A DNA stretch of 64,000 bases from Daphnia carinata (Eukaryota), in contig NC_081332.1 of NCBI RefSeq assembly GCF_022539665.2, forward strand, positions 5,518,001 through 5,582,000, in the 5' to 3' direction. The notes beneath the pieces are model-generated. The model searched no databases. It was not told the DNA's origin and saw only the letters and a program-made list of their open reading frames with translations. The translations under genes and the position numbers were made by a program. Below, in pieces: positions 10,930 through 34,375 of the stretch (the first letter of the stretch is position 1; the number at the start of each line of letters is the position of its first letter).

Positions 10930-13276
10930 ATGGGTATAAAAGGTCTGTCATCATATATTCAGGCGAGATCAGAGAAGTGTCTTGAAGATTTCAAGCTTCA
11001 TAACTCTAAAATAGTCATTGATGGTAAAGAATTGAAACTAATGATTCAGCTCATATTTTATTTCAATTTGGAAATTTATTACATGTAGGGAGCAACCTAC
11101 TACATTTTTTATACCTCGCCTGTCCAAAACAGAACGCATGCTTTGGGGGTGACTATAATATTTTTTGTGATTATGTTCGAGAAATATTTAGGCTGCTGAA
11201 GAAATGCAATATAAATGCAATAGTTGTCTTTGATGGTGGGATGGATGTGGGGGACAGGAAACAGAAAACCAGGCTACTTCGAGCAAAACAAAAGATAGTT
11301 GCTTCTATCAAAGTTAAGCCCAGCAATCAGCACAGGCATGCTACCACATTTTCCGAATAATACAGCAAATAAGATATTTTTTTGTAGGATGTCTGTGCTT
11401 CCTTTACTACTCAAAATTGCATTTCTGACTGTGCTAAAGGAGTTCAATGTTGAAATTGTCCAGTGTCAGTATGAAGCTGATGGTGATATTGCCTCCCTAG
11501 CTCGTGGTTTGAAGTGTCCAGTTGTTAGTAATGATTCAGATTTTTATGTTATGGATGTGGTTGTCATTCCTTTATCCCTAATGGAACTCACTGGCGCAGT
11601 GAAATGCGATGATGGATTTGCCATACAATGTAAAATATTTTACATGGCTAACTTCCTGAAATTGTAAGAAAGTTTTATTCCTAATAACTACTGTCCATAT
11701 CACATAAATTATCCCATAAATGTAGCATAGGTCACGAAGATGCCTCCATTTTTCCGCTAATGGGTACTCTTCTAGGAAACGATTATGCTGACAAAAGACT
11801 CTTCGAAAATATTTTCTCCCAAATTCACTTGCCTAAAAGTAAATCTATGAACGACCAACACAGAAAACTTCAAGGAGTTTTGGAATGGTTGAAGGGCCAG
11901 ACTGTGGAAGAAGCTATTGATCGAGTATTTTTACACTTAAACTTCGATTTTCAAATTTCTTTACTTCCTTCACTTGTTCTAGATTCTTATGTTCGTCAAG
12001 AAGATTCACCATATTGAAGTGGAAGTAGCTATTCGTACCAGTCTAAACGCGTACGAGGATGAAAACAACGGACAGATGAATTCCGTCATCGACCTTAGTA
12101 TTACATTTTTGAATTGCATAGTTTATAGATTACGATAACTGTACTTATATTTTAGGGGGAAAAGTAGTTACAAGCTTAATGCAGGAAGGCTTACCGGAAT
12201 GGTTCTGTAACCTGTATGCAGATGCAGACATTCCACCCTGGGTCCTGGAAGTGATGCTGTCCCACAAAATGCCATATCAGTCTCAAGTGGAAGCAGTGGG
12301 TTCTAGCAACAGTTTCTGCTGCTGCTCCGACCTTTTGAAAGCGATCGCTTTGATTTTTTGGGACTCACAAATCGATTGCCAACTCAGGACATTATGGAGA
12401 AAGAATTCAGAATTAGTATTCAAAAACCTCACAATATCACGCTTGGACTTCTTGGTAACCTTGCCTGGACTGTCTTCTGTTGGAGCCATGACATTACAAG
12501 AGAGGCAGGAACTGCTTTTCGATACCATTCTCGAAAAAAACATTGGCCGCGTACTGGAGTTGCCAACCAAATGGCAACTGGTTTTCGCCACAGTTATCCA
12601 TTGGATAAGGCATTCGCATTGTCGCGTTCGGAGCTACCATGTTGACGGACTAGTTGTCGGCCTTATTTACCTGTCCATGGTTGAGCCACGCATCGGTCGT
12701 GTTCGCAGCCTAAAGCGTCTAGAGAACAACTCGAATAAAGCAAAGGATGATTCTTCGGTTGACTACGTAAACATGGCCAAAAACACCTTTAAACTCCAAG
12801 AAATTGCAGCGAGAATGCTATCACATGACATCAACTTTGACCGTGACATCGTGCACGTCTTAGCTGAATTTCAGGCAACGTTTTATTTCGTCCACACGCT
12901 TAATCGAGTTCTCGACAGCGGTCTGCCTTGTGCATCTCCATCGGATTTTTACTGGGGGACATTTATTTACAACGCTGTGTGCCTATTCAAAGGTTACGAT
13001 AGGTTAAGTTTGGCGGAGAAATTATTTAGCGGAACAACGTCTGTATTGTTCAAGACCTTCCAGCAGTACACTGAAATTGTCTACGAGTTAGCCCCTTCAA
13101 ATCTCATGAACTGGGTACCGCACGGTCCAAATAAGCCGAAAAAGCGAACAAAGAAACCTAAAGAAAAGCCAACGACAACAGAACAGACGTCATCGTCATC
13201 TGAAGAAGATAGTACCGTGAATGATAATGATGTTGAGTTGGTTGGAAATCGCTTCAAATTGCTCACGTTTACTTAG
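10930..13276 (+). CDS. ASTE1: Protein asteroid homolog (XPG/FEN1-like PIN nuclease fold); exons about 10930-11023, 11089-11335, 11388-11663, 11726-11924, 11983-12097, 12156-13276
   Basis: MGIKGL start, IVIDG, FGGDY, VVFDGG, EADGDIA, VVSNDSDF, LLGNDY, and C-terminal FDRDIVHVLAEFQ typical of asteroid. It lies head-to-head with C9orf72, 338 bp between start codons. Confidence 0.88.
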
Positions 13277-13492
13277 AAAATGGCACAATTCTTGAAAGTG
13301 TCCTAAAACCCGATGCAATACAAATATTTAAAAAGGGGCGGGTACTCGTTTGGATTCGTTTCCATATGCCTGTGTCATGTTCTGATAACGGACATGATAA
13401 GGTTACCTGGTTTACTAATATCCTGTCGCACACACCGACATTTGACCATCTTTCGTCACACACTCGTTCAAGTCTGCCACAGAGAACCAATC

Positions 13493-15286
13493 ATGCTGAT
13501 TAAAGAATTGTAAGTGCTCTCTTAATTGTTCTTTCGCACTTGTTTCTTTTATTACGTTTGACGTTTGTCTACAACTGATTGTGCAATTTTTGGGTCTATA
13601 AACAATGTTAGCAATTCAAGCGTTTTTTCATCATCATTTTGTTTTAACATGTACAATCATTTTTGAAAAGCCGGATTCCAATGCCGCTTTCTGTCGACGA
13701 GGTAAGTCGACTAGTTTGCTAATAGTGTATCGTTAAAAAAATGATCTCTTTTTTTTATAGTATCAGTATGGTCAGCTGTATGCGTTCTCTGTGGAAAGCT
13801 TGAACAATACTGGTGGCGGAGAAGGAATCGAAGTCATTCGATCTGAACCGTTCAAGGATGTTCCCATGAATAACGCAAGTCACAGCGGCCAGTACACATA
13901 CAAAATTTATCACATGGGCAGGTAAGAGTCGCTTTTGGGATCGTAGTAATGGCATAGTCAATTGAGCCGACCTTTCAAAAGAATGATTTGATTGAAAGGG
14001 AATGTTTCCAAACTGAGGCTGTTTCAATGTGTCCCTTTAATTTTACAATTTTCCGACATTACGCAAGATAAGGCGATGCACTGGCTTGTCACCGTTTATC
14101 TTACAGCATAAACTGGATTCATAAATCAATCAAGTAGCCATTAGCTCAAAAGAATTGTATGACATTATCAGGGTTCCCAGATTCGTATGGTTGCATAATC
14201 TCAAAACGGGATAAGTTATCAGTTTTTCTTACTTTTATTTAGAAGTTATGCACTATTTTATCCTATTTCCAATCGCTTTTAAATATCGTAAACATTTTTT
14301 TTCGACAGCAAAGCCCCAGGTTTCGTCAAAGCATTTATGCCAAAAGGATGCCTGGAATTTCACGAAGAGTCCTGGAACGCATATCCGTATTCTAAAACTG
14401 TTATTACGGTAATGAGAATTTCTTACGTTTTCGTTTCTAAAGGGACTAACATGTTTTCTTGACTAAATGAATAGAATCCCAAGTTTATGAAGGAGAATTT
14501 CCAAGTGACAATCGAATCAGTTCATCACGCCGGCGGACCCAACGTTGAAAATGTAAAAAAATGTTCTTGCCATTCTCGACGATTTAATAAGTTTGGACTT
14601 TTCTACAGATCTTAAATTTGTCTGAAGAAGCGTTGAAGATGAGAGAAGTCGTACACATTGACATCGCCAACGATAGGATATCTTCGAAAGACTACAAGGC
14701 CGAGTTAGATCCGACAATCTACCGTTCAAAAAAGACCGGACGGGGACCGTTAGAAGGAACGTGGCAAAAATCAGTATGAGATAACATGAGTAACAAAAAA
14801 ATAACCGAGGATTACTGTCGAGATAAAAACATCATTTTTCTAACACTATTTACTTTTTTCCTTCGGCCTATTGACGGAAGCAGAAACCGTTAATGACATG
14901 TTATAAACTAGTGACGGTTGAATTCAAATGGTTCGGACTTCAGGGACGGGTGGAAAACCACATTATGAACACTGAGCAAAGAATCTTTACCCTCTTTCAT
15001 CGGTAAGGACAATTTGTTATAAAAAGTTTATCTATTTACGATGTGATATCGAATGATCGTATCTTTTGTTCCAACAGCCAAATCTTTTGTTTGTTGGACG
15101 ATTGGTGTCAAATGACCATGGAAGACATTCGCAAATTTGAAGACCAAGTAAAAAAGGAACTCGATAAAGTACGTTGTCGATAACGTATTCAGAAATTCGT
15201 GAAGACGAACAATCCTAACTTATCAAATATTCTGGGTTTTTTAGCAATTGAAACAAGGAGAACCTCGTGGAATGACAGCGGAATGA
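13493..15286 (+). CDS. Class I phosphatidylinositol transfer protein (PITP alpha/beta, vibrator/giotto-like), 9 exons
   Basis: Spliced translation [92 protein letters not shown]. The inositol-binding T, K, E and N positions are retained. The gene is absent from the ORF track because its exons are short. Confidence 0.93.
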
Positions 15287-15862
15287 GAGGAAAATACGAA
15301 AGAACTCCTACCTTTATTATTATTTCCAGTGTAGTCTGAAGTATGCTGCCTCACCTCTGTATTGTCTTCTTCCTTTTCAGTGACGTACTTTAGCACTTTG
15401 CTGTTTTATTGTGTTAGTATGATGCCGCACATGTTGTGTTCGCGTCTCCTTTTTCAATGACGTACTTGAGCGTTGCAGTTTTATGGTGACCTGTGGTCGA
15501 TACATATGGAAAATCGAATGAAGAAATTCATTGAATGATTGAAAGCTTTGACAAGAGGACTCACCGTAACTAAATGTGACGTTTGCTGCTAACACCTTCT
15601 CTAGCGTATATGCTGATGTAAAAAGAAGAAAAAAAAACATAAATTGCTATCATAGAAGCATATTAATGAACTCGCTTCGGCAAGTTTTCGCACGCAAATA
15701 TTTAGTGTCTATAAATATCCTTACCTTATGCCATCGATCATATGTCACTTGCCTGCTACAGCAGTCTTATGTACCTTACCAAACTACGTAATACGCATTT
15801 CGCCGCACAGCTTTGTAGGTATCAGTTGGACGGTCATTTGATTGAAATTTATTCAAAGGAAA

Positions 15863-16796
15863 ATGGTCGTAATGCGATCGTGCTGCTGTTGCAGTCCGCG
15901 TACAGGTAGTTTGTTAATCGCCACCCTATACATGGTAAACAAAGATTTCATTTTAGATGATGGTATACGTTTAACTTATTCATTTTATTTACTAGCTTTT
16001 CACTGGGTTTGTTTTGCTTGGGCTGAGTTTTCTACTGGCTTACTTCAATAAAAATTTTATACCGTTATTGGATTCCATCGTACGTGACGGGCCCGCCAAC
16101 GACCTGTCAACCTCAAATATTACGAGTGAAACGCCGGGTGCGACGGGTAAAAACTATTAACCCAATAAATGCACGTACCATGTAATAAACTGTGTTCCAT
16201 TGTTGGTTTTGCAGCCATGCGTAACGTGATAATTGCGAGTATTGTACTCAATTCACTCTATTTTTTACTGTGTCTGCTCCTGTTCATTGGCGCGGTGAAG
16301 GTCAGTATTGTCCATTCATGTGTTACGTTTTGGTTGCAGATTCAAACTTTCCAATCGTTTTCGCACGTAGGAATCTTGGCGTATGCTCATGTTGTGGACA
16401 GTTGGCGAAGTTGTCAGACAGGCCCTGTTTTTCGCAGCATTCGTTTTCTTAGTCTGGTGTTTCTCAATCCTCGTCAGCAAGAAGCAAATGGATTGTAATA
16501 CCTAGCGAAATGATGTTACCCATTAGCACAAAATTTGATATAATTTTCTTTTACAGACGGTACTTCAATACTCATTTGCATCTTCATGCTTATCGTGATA
16601 GGTAAATTTGCCTTACGATGATAAAAACGGTCTTGCTTTCTTTGTTTTGTTTATTTCATCGATTTTTACTTCCTGTGCAGCTTTGGCTTTTTATTTTTGG
16701 CTTGGTGTTATCGCCGCGACGCAAGGATATCGTGAGCGAGAGCGGCACATTTCGCCCAAGGAAATGAAGCTAGCATATCCGCATAGCGACATATGA
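15863..16796 (+). CDS. Small four-pass membrane protein with N-terminal Cys cluster (arthropod LAPTM-like/uncharacterised family), 6 exons
   Basis: MRSCCCCSPRTGSLLIA start, four hydrophobic segments, the LLFIGAVKE..MLMLW pattern and YFWLGV near the end. GT-AG introns are in phase. Confidence 0.7.
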
Positions 16797-17922
16797 ATCT
16801 GATAAACAATTATCTTGTGTCATTGAGATTTTTTTTCATAGGTTTTTCTTCTTTTCTCAAGACTAAATCTCGGTTTTTGAGAAGCAGATCTGAAGGTTTA
16901 AAAATATTAAAAGAAATTCCATAGTCAGCGTCGGAAACCATGAATTTGATTTAATTATTATTTGTTTTACCTTAGCATTCCTCAAATATATGTTGTTGCC
17001 ATCCTTGTATGATATGTTAGAATGAAAAATTGATGTTGTCTCAGGTTATTTGGTTCATTTTTACTACCTTAAAGCACATTGGACAAAGTTCATATTACGG
17101 AATCTGTGCTGTAATTCATTTTAGTTAATCGGATATTTACTGACCTTGTTGAAGAAAAACGGCTTTCACATGTTAGAAGGGTATTATGATTGTCTTTTAA
17201 GGGAGTGGTCTCAAAGGTTGCGGTTACATAACTGTGAAGGCTGAAAAACTACTTAATTTTTTTTTTTTTTGTGGTTAATGGCAAGTGGAAAATAAAAAAA
17301 ATCACAGGCTGAGATTACGTATCTTATACTTGTAGTTACTCCGGACGTTTCCGCCTACCACACGGACTTTAACCCATGTTCTCTCAGCCAAGAAAAATTT
17401 CTTCAAATACATTTTATGGTTCCTTTAGTCATTTGCAGTCCTCGTGTTGTTATGTTTTGTGTCTAAACGGCGATAAAAAGAAAATAACAGAGAGATAACA
17501 GTCAGCATATTTATAACTCTACATAATCAGGCGCCAAAAGTTTTTCTCGCCATTAATACTTTCAGTATAGTTGTGGCTTTTGGCGTACGACATTTTGCAC
17601 GAAACAGTAAGAAAAATAGTTTAAAATATTCTACATTATTATTTCTAGTTGCCCTTTGGCATGTTCAAAAGATTTTAAAATCCATGCAGACAGCGCCATC
17701 ATCTCTGTTGAAGGTCTCATTTGTTTGTTTACAACTATTTTTTTCTTTGGTGGATGTGAATTTTCATTGCACACAATAAGCCAAAAAAAGGCCTTCGGCA
17801 GTACGTGCTTTCCGGTAATAGGTAACACTCGTCAGCATGAATCAACAATTTCTGTTACCAGTTCTAGGTATTTGTTAAAACTTCGTAATCGTAGACGAAC
17901 TGTGGCCCCCAAAGGTTCAAAA

Positions 17923-19884
17923 ATGGTGGATACGTTCCTGCTTCAAACCTTATCCAAGAGAAGAAACGTCGTAATGAGTTTAATTGGAGCTGCATTCTGT
18001 GCTGCTATGTAAACATTCATTCACTATTCACATGTTTTTCGTACTTGTAACTAGTTATGTTCTCCCTTGCAGGTACGAGTTCATTAGCATAAAGATATTG
18101 GGCATTTTTGGCATCTTATATGTTGCTTTCCATCTCAGTGATTTAATGACAAAATTGATTTACTACAATCTACCCAGACGATTGATTGACAACACCAATG
18201 ACAAAGCTGTAGTGATCACAGGTATGTAATCTAACACATTATGGCTCTATCAGCAACATGCTTGTTTACGGCCCCAATTTCAAAACTTACTTATCTGTGA
18301 AATGGCTTGACTCAGGTTGTGACTCTGGATTTGGTAATGCACTTGCAATCAAATTAGATGGTATTGGGTTCAAAGTTTACGCGGGTTGTCTCGACGTGCG
18401 CGGGGAAGGCGCCCAAGAACTCAAGGCAAAGTGTTCTAGTCGGCTGCACCTGATCCCGCTAGATGTCACAAAAAATGATCAGGTTTTTGCCGCCACTCAC
18501 CTGGTTGCTTCCACCTTAGAAGACAGAAGTAAGTCGTAACATTAAAACGTGTGAAGTGATCGAGTTAGTTTAATCACTGAAATTACTTGTTTGCTCATCA
18601 GAATTATGGGCCGTGGTGAACAATGCCGGTGTTGCCTGTTCGTCTGAGATAGAGTGGTGTCCCATCAACATCTTCGAAAAAGTACACGACCCAAAACAAA
18701 AATCAGTCGAAGAAAATCATGAATTAATATAATTGTAAACATAATGAAAGATGCTGGAAGTTAACACAGTAGGAACAGTTCGTGTAACGAAAGCTTTTCT
18801 ACCATTGCTGAGAGAATCTCAGGGTCGAATTGTGTGTGTTGCTTCCATGGCTGGTAATAAATATTTAATTTAGTATTTTCTACAATATTAAAGAAAATAC
18901 CATTTGTTTGTTGAAAATAGGTCGAGTTACCGTTCCAGGATTCACGCCGTACTCCATGTCAAAGTTCGCCGTTGTAGCATTCGCTGATGGACTGCGTCGT
19001 GAAATGCAGAAATGGGGCATCAGTGTTCATTGTATAGAGCCAAGTCTCTACAAGTAAAACTAGCCAAGTTTAAATGCATTATTAAAGATTCTTATTCTTT
19101 CCTTTATGTTTTATGTAATTCAGAACCAACATCTCTGTGCTGGAGCCACTGTACAACAGTTTAAAGAATTATTGGGATCAGTGTTCAGACGACGTTCAGT
19201 CGTCATACGGGAAAGAATATTATGAACATTTTAAGGTACATGATCAAAAAAGGAAAGCAGTGTACGCATTGGCGTAAACATTGAGTTTTTAGGAATCCCT
19301 AAGTCTCCATATGAGCCGAGCCAAACCTGAAAGAAAGATAACTGAAGTTGTGGACGACATGGTCGACGCAGTCGCTGGGACAGAGCCATTGGTATTATAC
19401 ATCAAGGAATCCCTTAGCATTTTAATTTTCAAAAATTCGCAAATATTTTTTTTCTATTGGTAGCTGAGATACGTGCCAGCCATGGACGTACAGTTTCGTT
19501 CTCGTCTTTTGATTTCCATGCCGACTGAAATGCAAGATCACGTCCTTAATCAGTATGTACAAATTTTCAAAAATCAAACGTCACAGTAGCTAAACTTTTA
19601 TGTATTTCGCAACAGGTATTCTCCAAAAATTCCTCCTGCAGCAGGTATTTGAAAAAAATCTCTCGATAAAACACGAAAAAAATTTAAATTTTGTTATTGC
19701 CCTTTCTTTTACAGTGGTCGCTAAAAGGAATATACTTCCCCCTCTAAAGAGCCCGTATGGAGGGCAGAAAAGGCCACCTCTCCAACGTCACATGTCAATG
19801 CCGATGAGGGAAAAGAACCTACCTGAAACCTTGCAAGAACAGGAAGAGAATGCTGAACCCGCCACAGCCTTTAATTTTTCTTAA
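17923..19884 (+). CDS. Short-chain dehydrogenase/reductase (retinol dehydrogenase / 17-beta-HSD / BDH1-like), multi-exon
   Basis: VVITGCDSGFG (TGxxxGxG), LWAVVNNAG, catalytic YSMSK (YxxxK), DGLRREM and an N-terminal membrane anchor. Confidence 0.9.
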
Positions 19885-20790
19885 ATCTTTTCAAGAGAAA
19901 AAGAATTACAACATTTCACACCTAGCGATGTTGTTTTTTTTTTCAAAAACATTTAACAAAAATTCATGATAATCCAACTTATTATCTCAGAAATTCCAAT
20001 GTAATATGCAGTGTATTGCTAGAAAAAAAACTAATGTACAACGACAGGGTACAGGTCCTGCAGCAAAAGCAGACAAATGTACAAATCACATCCCAAATCC
20101 TTTTGTTGTGACTCGGAGCAGAAAGGGGGGGGGGGTAGCGAGACGCAGGGAAGCATCGGGGACCTTTGACAACGAGAACGTCAAAATGTTTCATTTTAAA
20201 TGATCTCTCGTTAACCTATGAATGATGGAAGTATCAAACGGCGCAAAAAAATTATATTCATTTCCTTCCCAAAAAGGCAACCAAAGGTATTCGTAACCCC
20301 TTAGCAACTATGAAGATAATTCAACTTGCAGAAAGATCAGAATCTCTTATTCTTTTTCTTTTTTTCTTCCCGTATATACCGTATAGCATTAAATTAAACC
20401 TTCCCCCTTTGCAAGAAAAAAAAAATTCCGCACGCAAGGGCGCACGCACGAAACGAGATAACGAAAGAGTTATTCGACAGGGCGTACACAAATCGACAAA
20501 AAAAAAATCAACAGAAACAAAAAAAAAAACCTACTCCAACTGCCGTTGCATCGTTTCAAGCCGCCAGTAAGGCGCTAGAAACGTCGAGGTAAAGAAAAAA
20601 AATCTAAACTGAATAACAACCGGGAGAAATAGTCGAGGGGAGGGGGGGTATAGATCCCAAACGGAAGCCAACCAAAAAATGAAACAAAAGAGGGAAGGCC
20701 CTAAATGTTAGTGTCTTACACCTGCGGGAAGAAAATGAAAAATAACAGATGTTACCAACGTAAGCTGTTGCTGCTGGGTTAAAGACGGGA

Positions 20791-25104
<4,314 letters not shown>

Positions 25105-26724
25105 GAGGCTATTACTAATCAGCTCTTTGTTTCGCTTTTAATGTTGTTGTTGGCGAAATTCTACGCCATATTTTCTAGCTCGGCGATCTTCTTTTGTTTC
25201 ACAATGCAGTCGGTCGCCATGGATCGTCGTCGTTCGAGTTTCCTTGGTTGGGGGATACGAGTTCAAAGTCACCACATATGGGCATTGACGTCGTTGTTTC
25301 CAGACACTACGCCATGTAAAACGGGCTAGGATGTTCACTTGCACAATATTTCACCTTCACTTTTTCGGTTTGACGAATCCAAGCAGAGAAAACCTAGTCA
25401 ACAATTGGGTTGGTGATGATCTCGAGAGCTCATCCACGAGAATCGTATGACCCTGTACACAATGCAACAAGAAAAACTTTCTGCTGACGATACGGAGAAT
25501 TTCGGAACACCGACAGTCCAGTTCCCGAATCGCTTCCTAGGTGTCTGCAGTTGATGATCAACTAGTCCACTAGAGGGGCACGATCGAGAGGCCTCAAATT
25601 TGTTGATTGATTCGATTTTTCAATATTTTCGCTTTTCGGTTCGAAAATACAAGGATGTTTGCATCTTCTTCGATTCATTGATTGTTTTAAAACTCATGCG
25701 ACTTTAAAACCTCATAGTTGTCAAAATGGGCACTAGATGACTTGCTAGTTCCCTTCCCCTGAATGCGTGATTTGTTCCGAGTTTAAACAAAGAGAAGCTT
25801 GGTGTGGTGTCGGCTAGGAATCATGGGATGATTCTCCCAACCCCAAAACCATTTCTCCCTATCCCCCTGCCGCCTTCGTATACACTAAAAGGAGGGGAAA
25901 CGACGCCGTCTGGTGTGTGTGTGGCGAAAGGGAAGGCCCGCTTGACAAAAAAAAAAACCAACATGGCGCTGGCTGTGTACAATCCACTAGGCTGCGTCCC
26001 TCTACGCTCCGTTTAAAACGATCGTTCCCGGCTAACGTTTACGTAAAACAAGTCCCTTTTAATTTCGTGTCTTGTTCAACATCAACGCTGTTCGTTGGTG
26101 AAAACATTTGATCCTCGTTTTGCGTTCTTTTGTAGAACACTTCGTGTTTTTCAACACCACCAAACAACAGTGTGTGGCTACAGGCCTCAAGATCCATCCG
26201 GTGTTGTACTAACTAGTCTCGTATCTCTTCAATTTCTTTATCCTGACTGATGCCCAATTCAAGAAGTGTTACGCCGTTGGTGAAAATTTTGAATTAAAAA
26301 AAAAACAACGAGAAGGTGTCGTGAAGTCGTGTCGTGGTTGTTTGTGTGTTGCGCCTGTGTGTGGTGTTTGCACGCGGACATGAGCCGAGAGAAACGTTCG
26401 TCTCGTGATAGTTGCTCATCAACACGCCGAGTTACGGTTCGGTGGGGGTTGAAATTGTGACAAATTTCGTCATCAGCCCAACAACCGATTAACCTGACGC
26501 CAATGATCCGCTCCTGCCTCCTTTCTGTCTTTTGAACGTGTCGGACCAATTACACATTTTGAATGCACACAACGACGTAGACTTGAAAAAAAAGCAGCAG
26601 AAGGTGGAACAGAAAGAAAACGGTTGTTGGTGTGGATTTTTTTTTTTTTTTTTTTTTTTTTTGACTTGTTGTTTGACGACGCAGTTATTTTTACACCGTC
26701 AAGTTGGGCAGCAAAAAGAAGAAA

Positions 26725-31896
<5,172 letters not shown>

Positions 31897-34344
31897 AATC
31901 TGACCAAGCGTATTTCGAAGAGAACAATGACAAGCTGAAGAGAAGAAAGATAGAAAAAGATAAGCCATTATTTTTCTTTTTAAGTTATCAACAATTTTCA
32001 GTGAGAAGAAATTTCAACCCTCCGTCATACATATATATACGTATATATATATACAGTACTTTCTGTGTCGATTTGACTAATATTGAGTGTGAGAGGCCGC
32101 CAGGTGGAAACAAGTGGAACCCACCGGAAATCTTTACCTTTATACGTGTATTCGTCGCAGTGAAAACGACCCCCAACTCCTCTTTTTTTTTTGTCATTTC
32201 GTTATCTTGTTATTGTCCCCTCTTGAACGACGAACTAGGCCACTTGAAAATACGTTGGCCAAATCAAAGTGCTGGAAATCGGCAATCCATGCTCTCCACC
32301 CTAATAATACAAAAAGAAAATTGCAGTTCCTTGAACTTCCTACCCGATAAAAGGAGATTTCAACAAAAGAAAAGCCTCTAGCAGCTGAACAAGAGTGAAG
32401 GAAAAGGTTTACTTCGGAAAGAAAAAAAAAGATGAAACTTTTCCAGTGTACCTCATCAAAGACTCCCCCCTTCCCTGATTTTTTAAAATCCCTTTTATCC
32501 TTCAAACATTTCTAAACCCTTTCATCTTTTTTTTTCCCCTCTCCTTGTGTCTTGTCTTGATCCCGTCAGTGTGTGCAGCTGTGTAATGGAGTATCAGTGC
32601 GAATCGAAGATGGATTCACTCTCTATATCTTGTGCGCGTGTGTGTGTGTGTCACTTGCGTTTGTTTTTTTTGGGCTGATTTCAGTTAGGATTCTCGTTAA
32701 ACAATACCCATATTTCTTTTTTTTTTGGTTTTCGTTTGGTTTAATCCCATTTTCATTGTAAACGAATCTTTTCAATTATTTGTTCATTCTTTTGTTTTCT
32801 TTCATTTCAAGAGATGTGGAGACACTTAATCCTACCTTTAAAACAAAGTTTAATGTGTCGATGAATTCGTCTCGTTTGATTTGAATTTTTCTGTGGTTCT
32901 TTTCTTCACTCTCCATTCAGATTTGTTTTAACCATATGTGCATTCATGTGGTGAGTGTCTATTAAAAAAAATTCAACATAAACACACAAAAAAAATCCTT
33001 TACCCAAATCTTTTCTGGTGTTTCCATCCCATTTTTTCCACAATGTCCTATACCCACCAACATTCATTTTTTTTTTTTATTGCTGTGCGTTTTTGGATTC
33101 AATTTTATTATAATTATATTATTTTGGTTCACGTGATGGCAGTAAAAGAAAAAAAAGAAACGACAAATAAAAGAAAACCAAATGTTGCGTAAATGCTGTT
33201 AGTGTCAATTGTTTCCGTTAGATGGCGTTTGCTGTTAGTTTTTTTCTTCAAACCAATTAGCGAGGGAACTCCCTCGTGCTTTTTTCCCCTTTCGTTATCT
33301 ATTCTATGCCGATGAAAGAAGAAAATGTCGGTTGAAAAAGCAAGTCTATCCACATGTATCTTATTTGACGTGAGCAGAACAGCGGGGAGAGAGAGAGAAT
33401 GAACCAGATAATCAAATCAACCCTCGGAAAAGGGGTTGGGTGTGCACAATAGAATACTATACTGCCGTGAAGAGGGGAAGGACAACCACTACATAAGCTG
33501 TAACGAAATATTACAGTAGTATGGCACTGTGTAGTGTGTACTATGTGTATGTATGGGGTGCGAATGGATATGGGGATATACGGAAGGAAGGAGGGGTCGA
33601 GTTGCGGTTGTTTCATTCCCCCTCCCCTCTAGTCTTACACACTCCCGTCCGTTAGAAGAGGGGAGGGGAAGGGGGGGCCCGGTTTCATTATAGTCAGAGC
33701 TTAGATACGCGCGCATGTGTCGGAAGAGGGGGGGGGGGGGGTATACCAAAGTGTTTGTCAACGCTCGAGTGGATTTGTGTCCCCCCCCCCCTCCATTCCC
33801 CTAAAAATCTTCTCATCCTTCTCCTCCTCGTGCTGTAATTGAACTGGAAAAATTGACAGAAACAATTACTCTTCTGCTACTTTTGTGTTTCCTACCTCTA
33901 TCATTATTATACAGGTTATTCCCATTTTCAGTTCAATGAAAATCAAGTTTGAAATAATGAACTTTATCAATCATTTCAGAGCGGACAAAGTTCATTTTCG
34001 CCAAATCCACTTCGACGTTAATTAAAACGGTTCACGCAAAAAATTGATCGAAAGGGCGCCATTGTTTTTTTTTTGTAAAAAAACAAAAAAATAAAATGGT
34101 GCTGTTTTTACGGATGATCAGATAAAAAGGAGGAACGGTTCACATTGTAATATAAAAGAGCATTTGGCTGTGTGGTAGAGGATTCTAAAAAAAAAAAATC
34201 CACCCTCTTCGAAATCCCCCTCTTCCGTTTCTTCGTTTTGTGTCCCCCCTCTCCTATTTTTCTACGATCTATTCGTCGCCTCCGTTCCCCTTCACACATG
34301 TATAGACAAAAATCTAGTTTTTTTTTTCATCCTCTCCTCTTGTA

Positions 34345-34375
<31 letters not shown>

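Noticed and set aside
17573..17922. Upstream ORF extensions of the SDR gene (17656 start)
   Set aside because: The extension relies on an upstream start with poor composition. AAAATGG at 17923 is the better start context.
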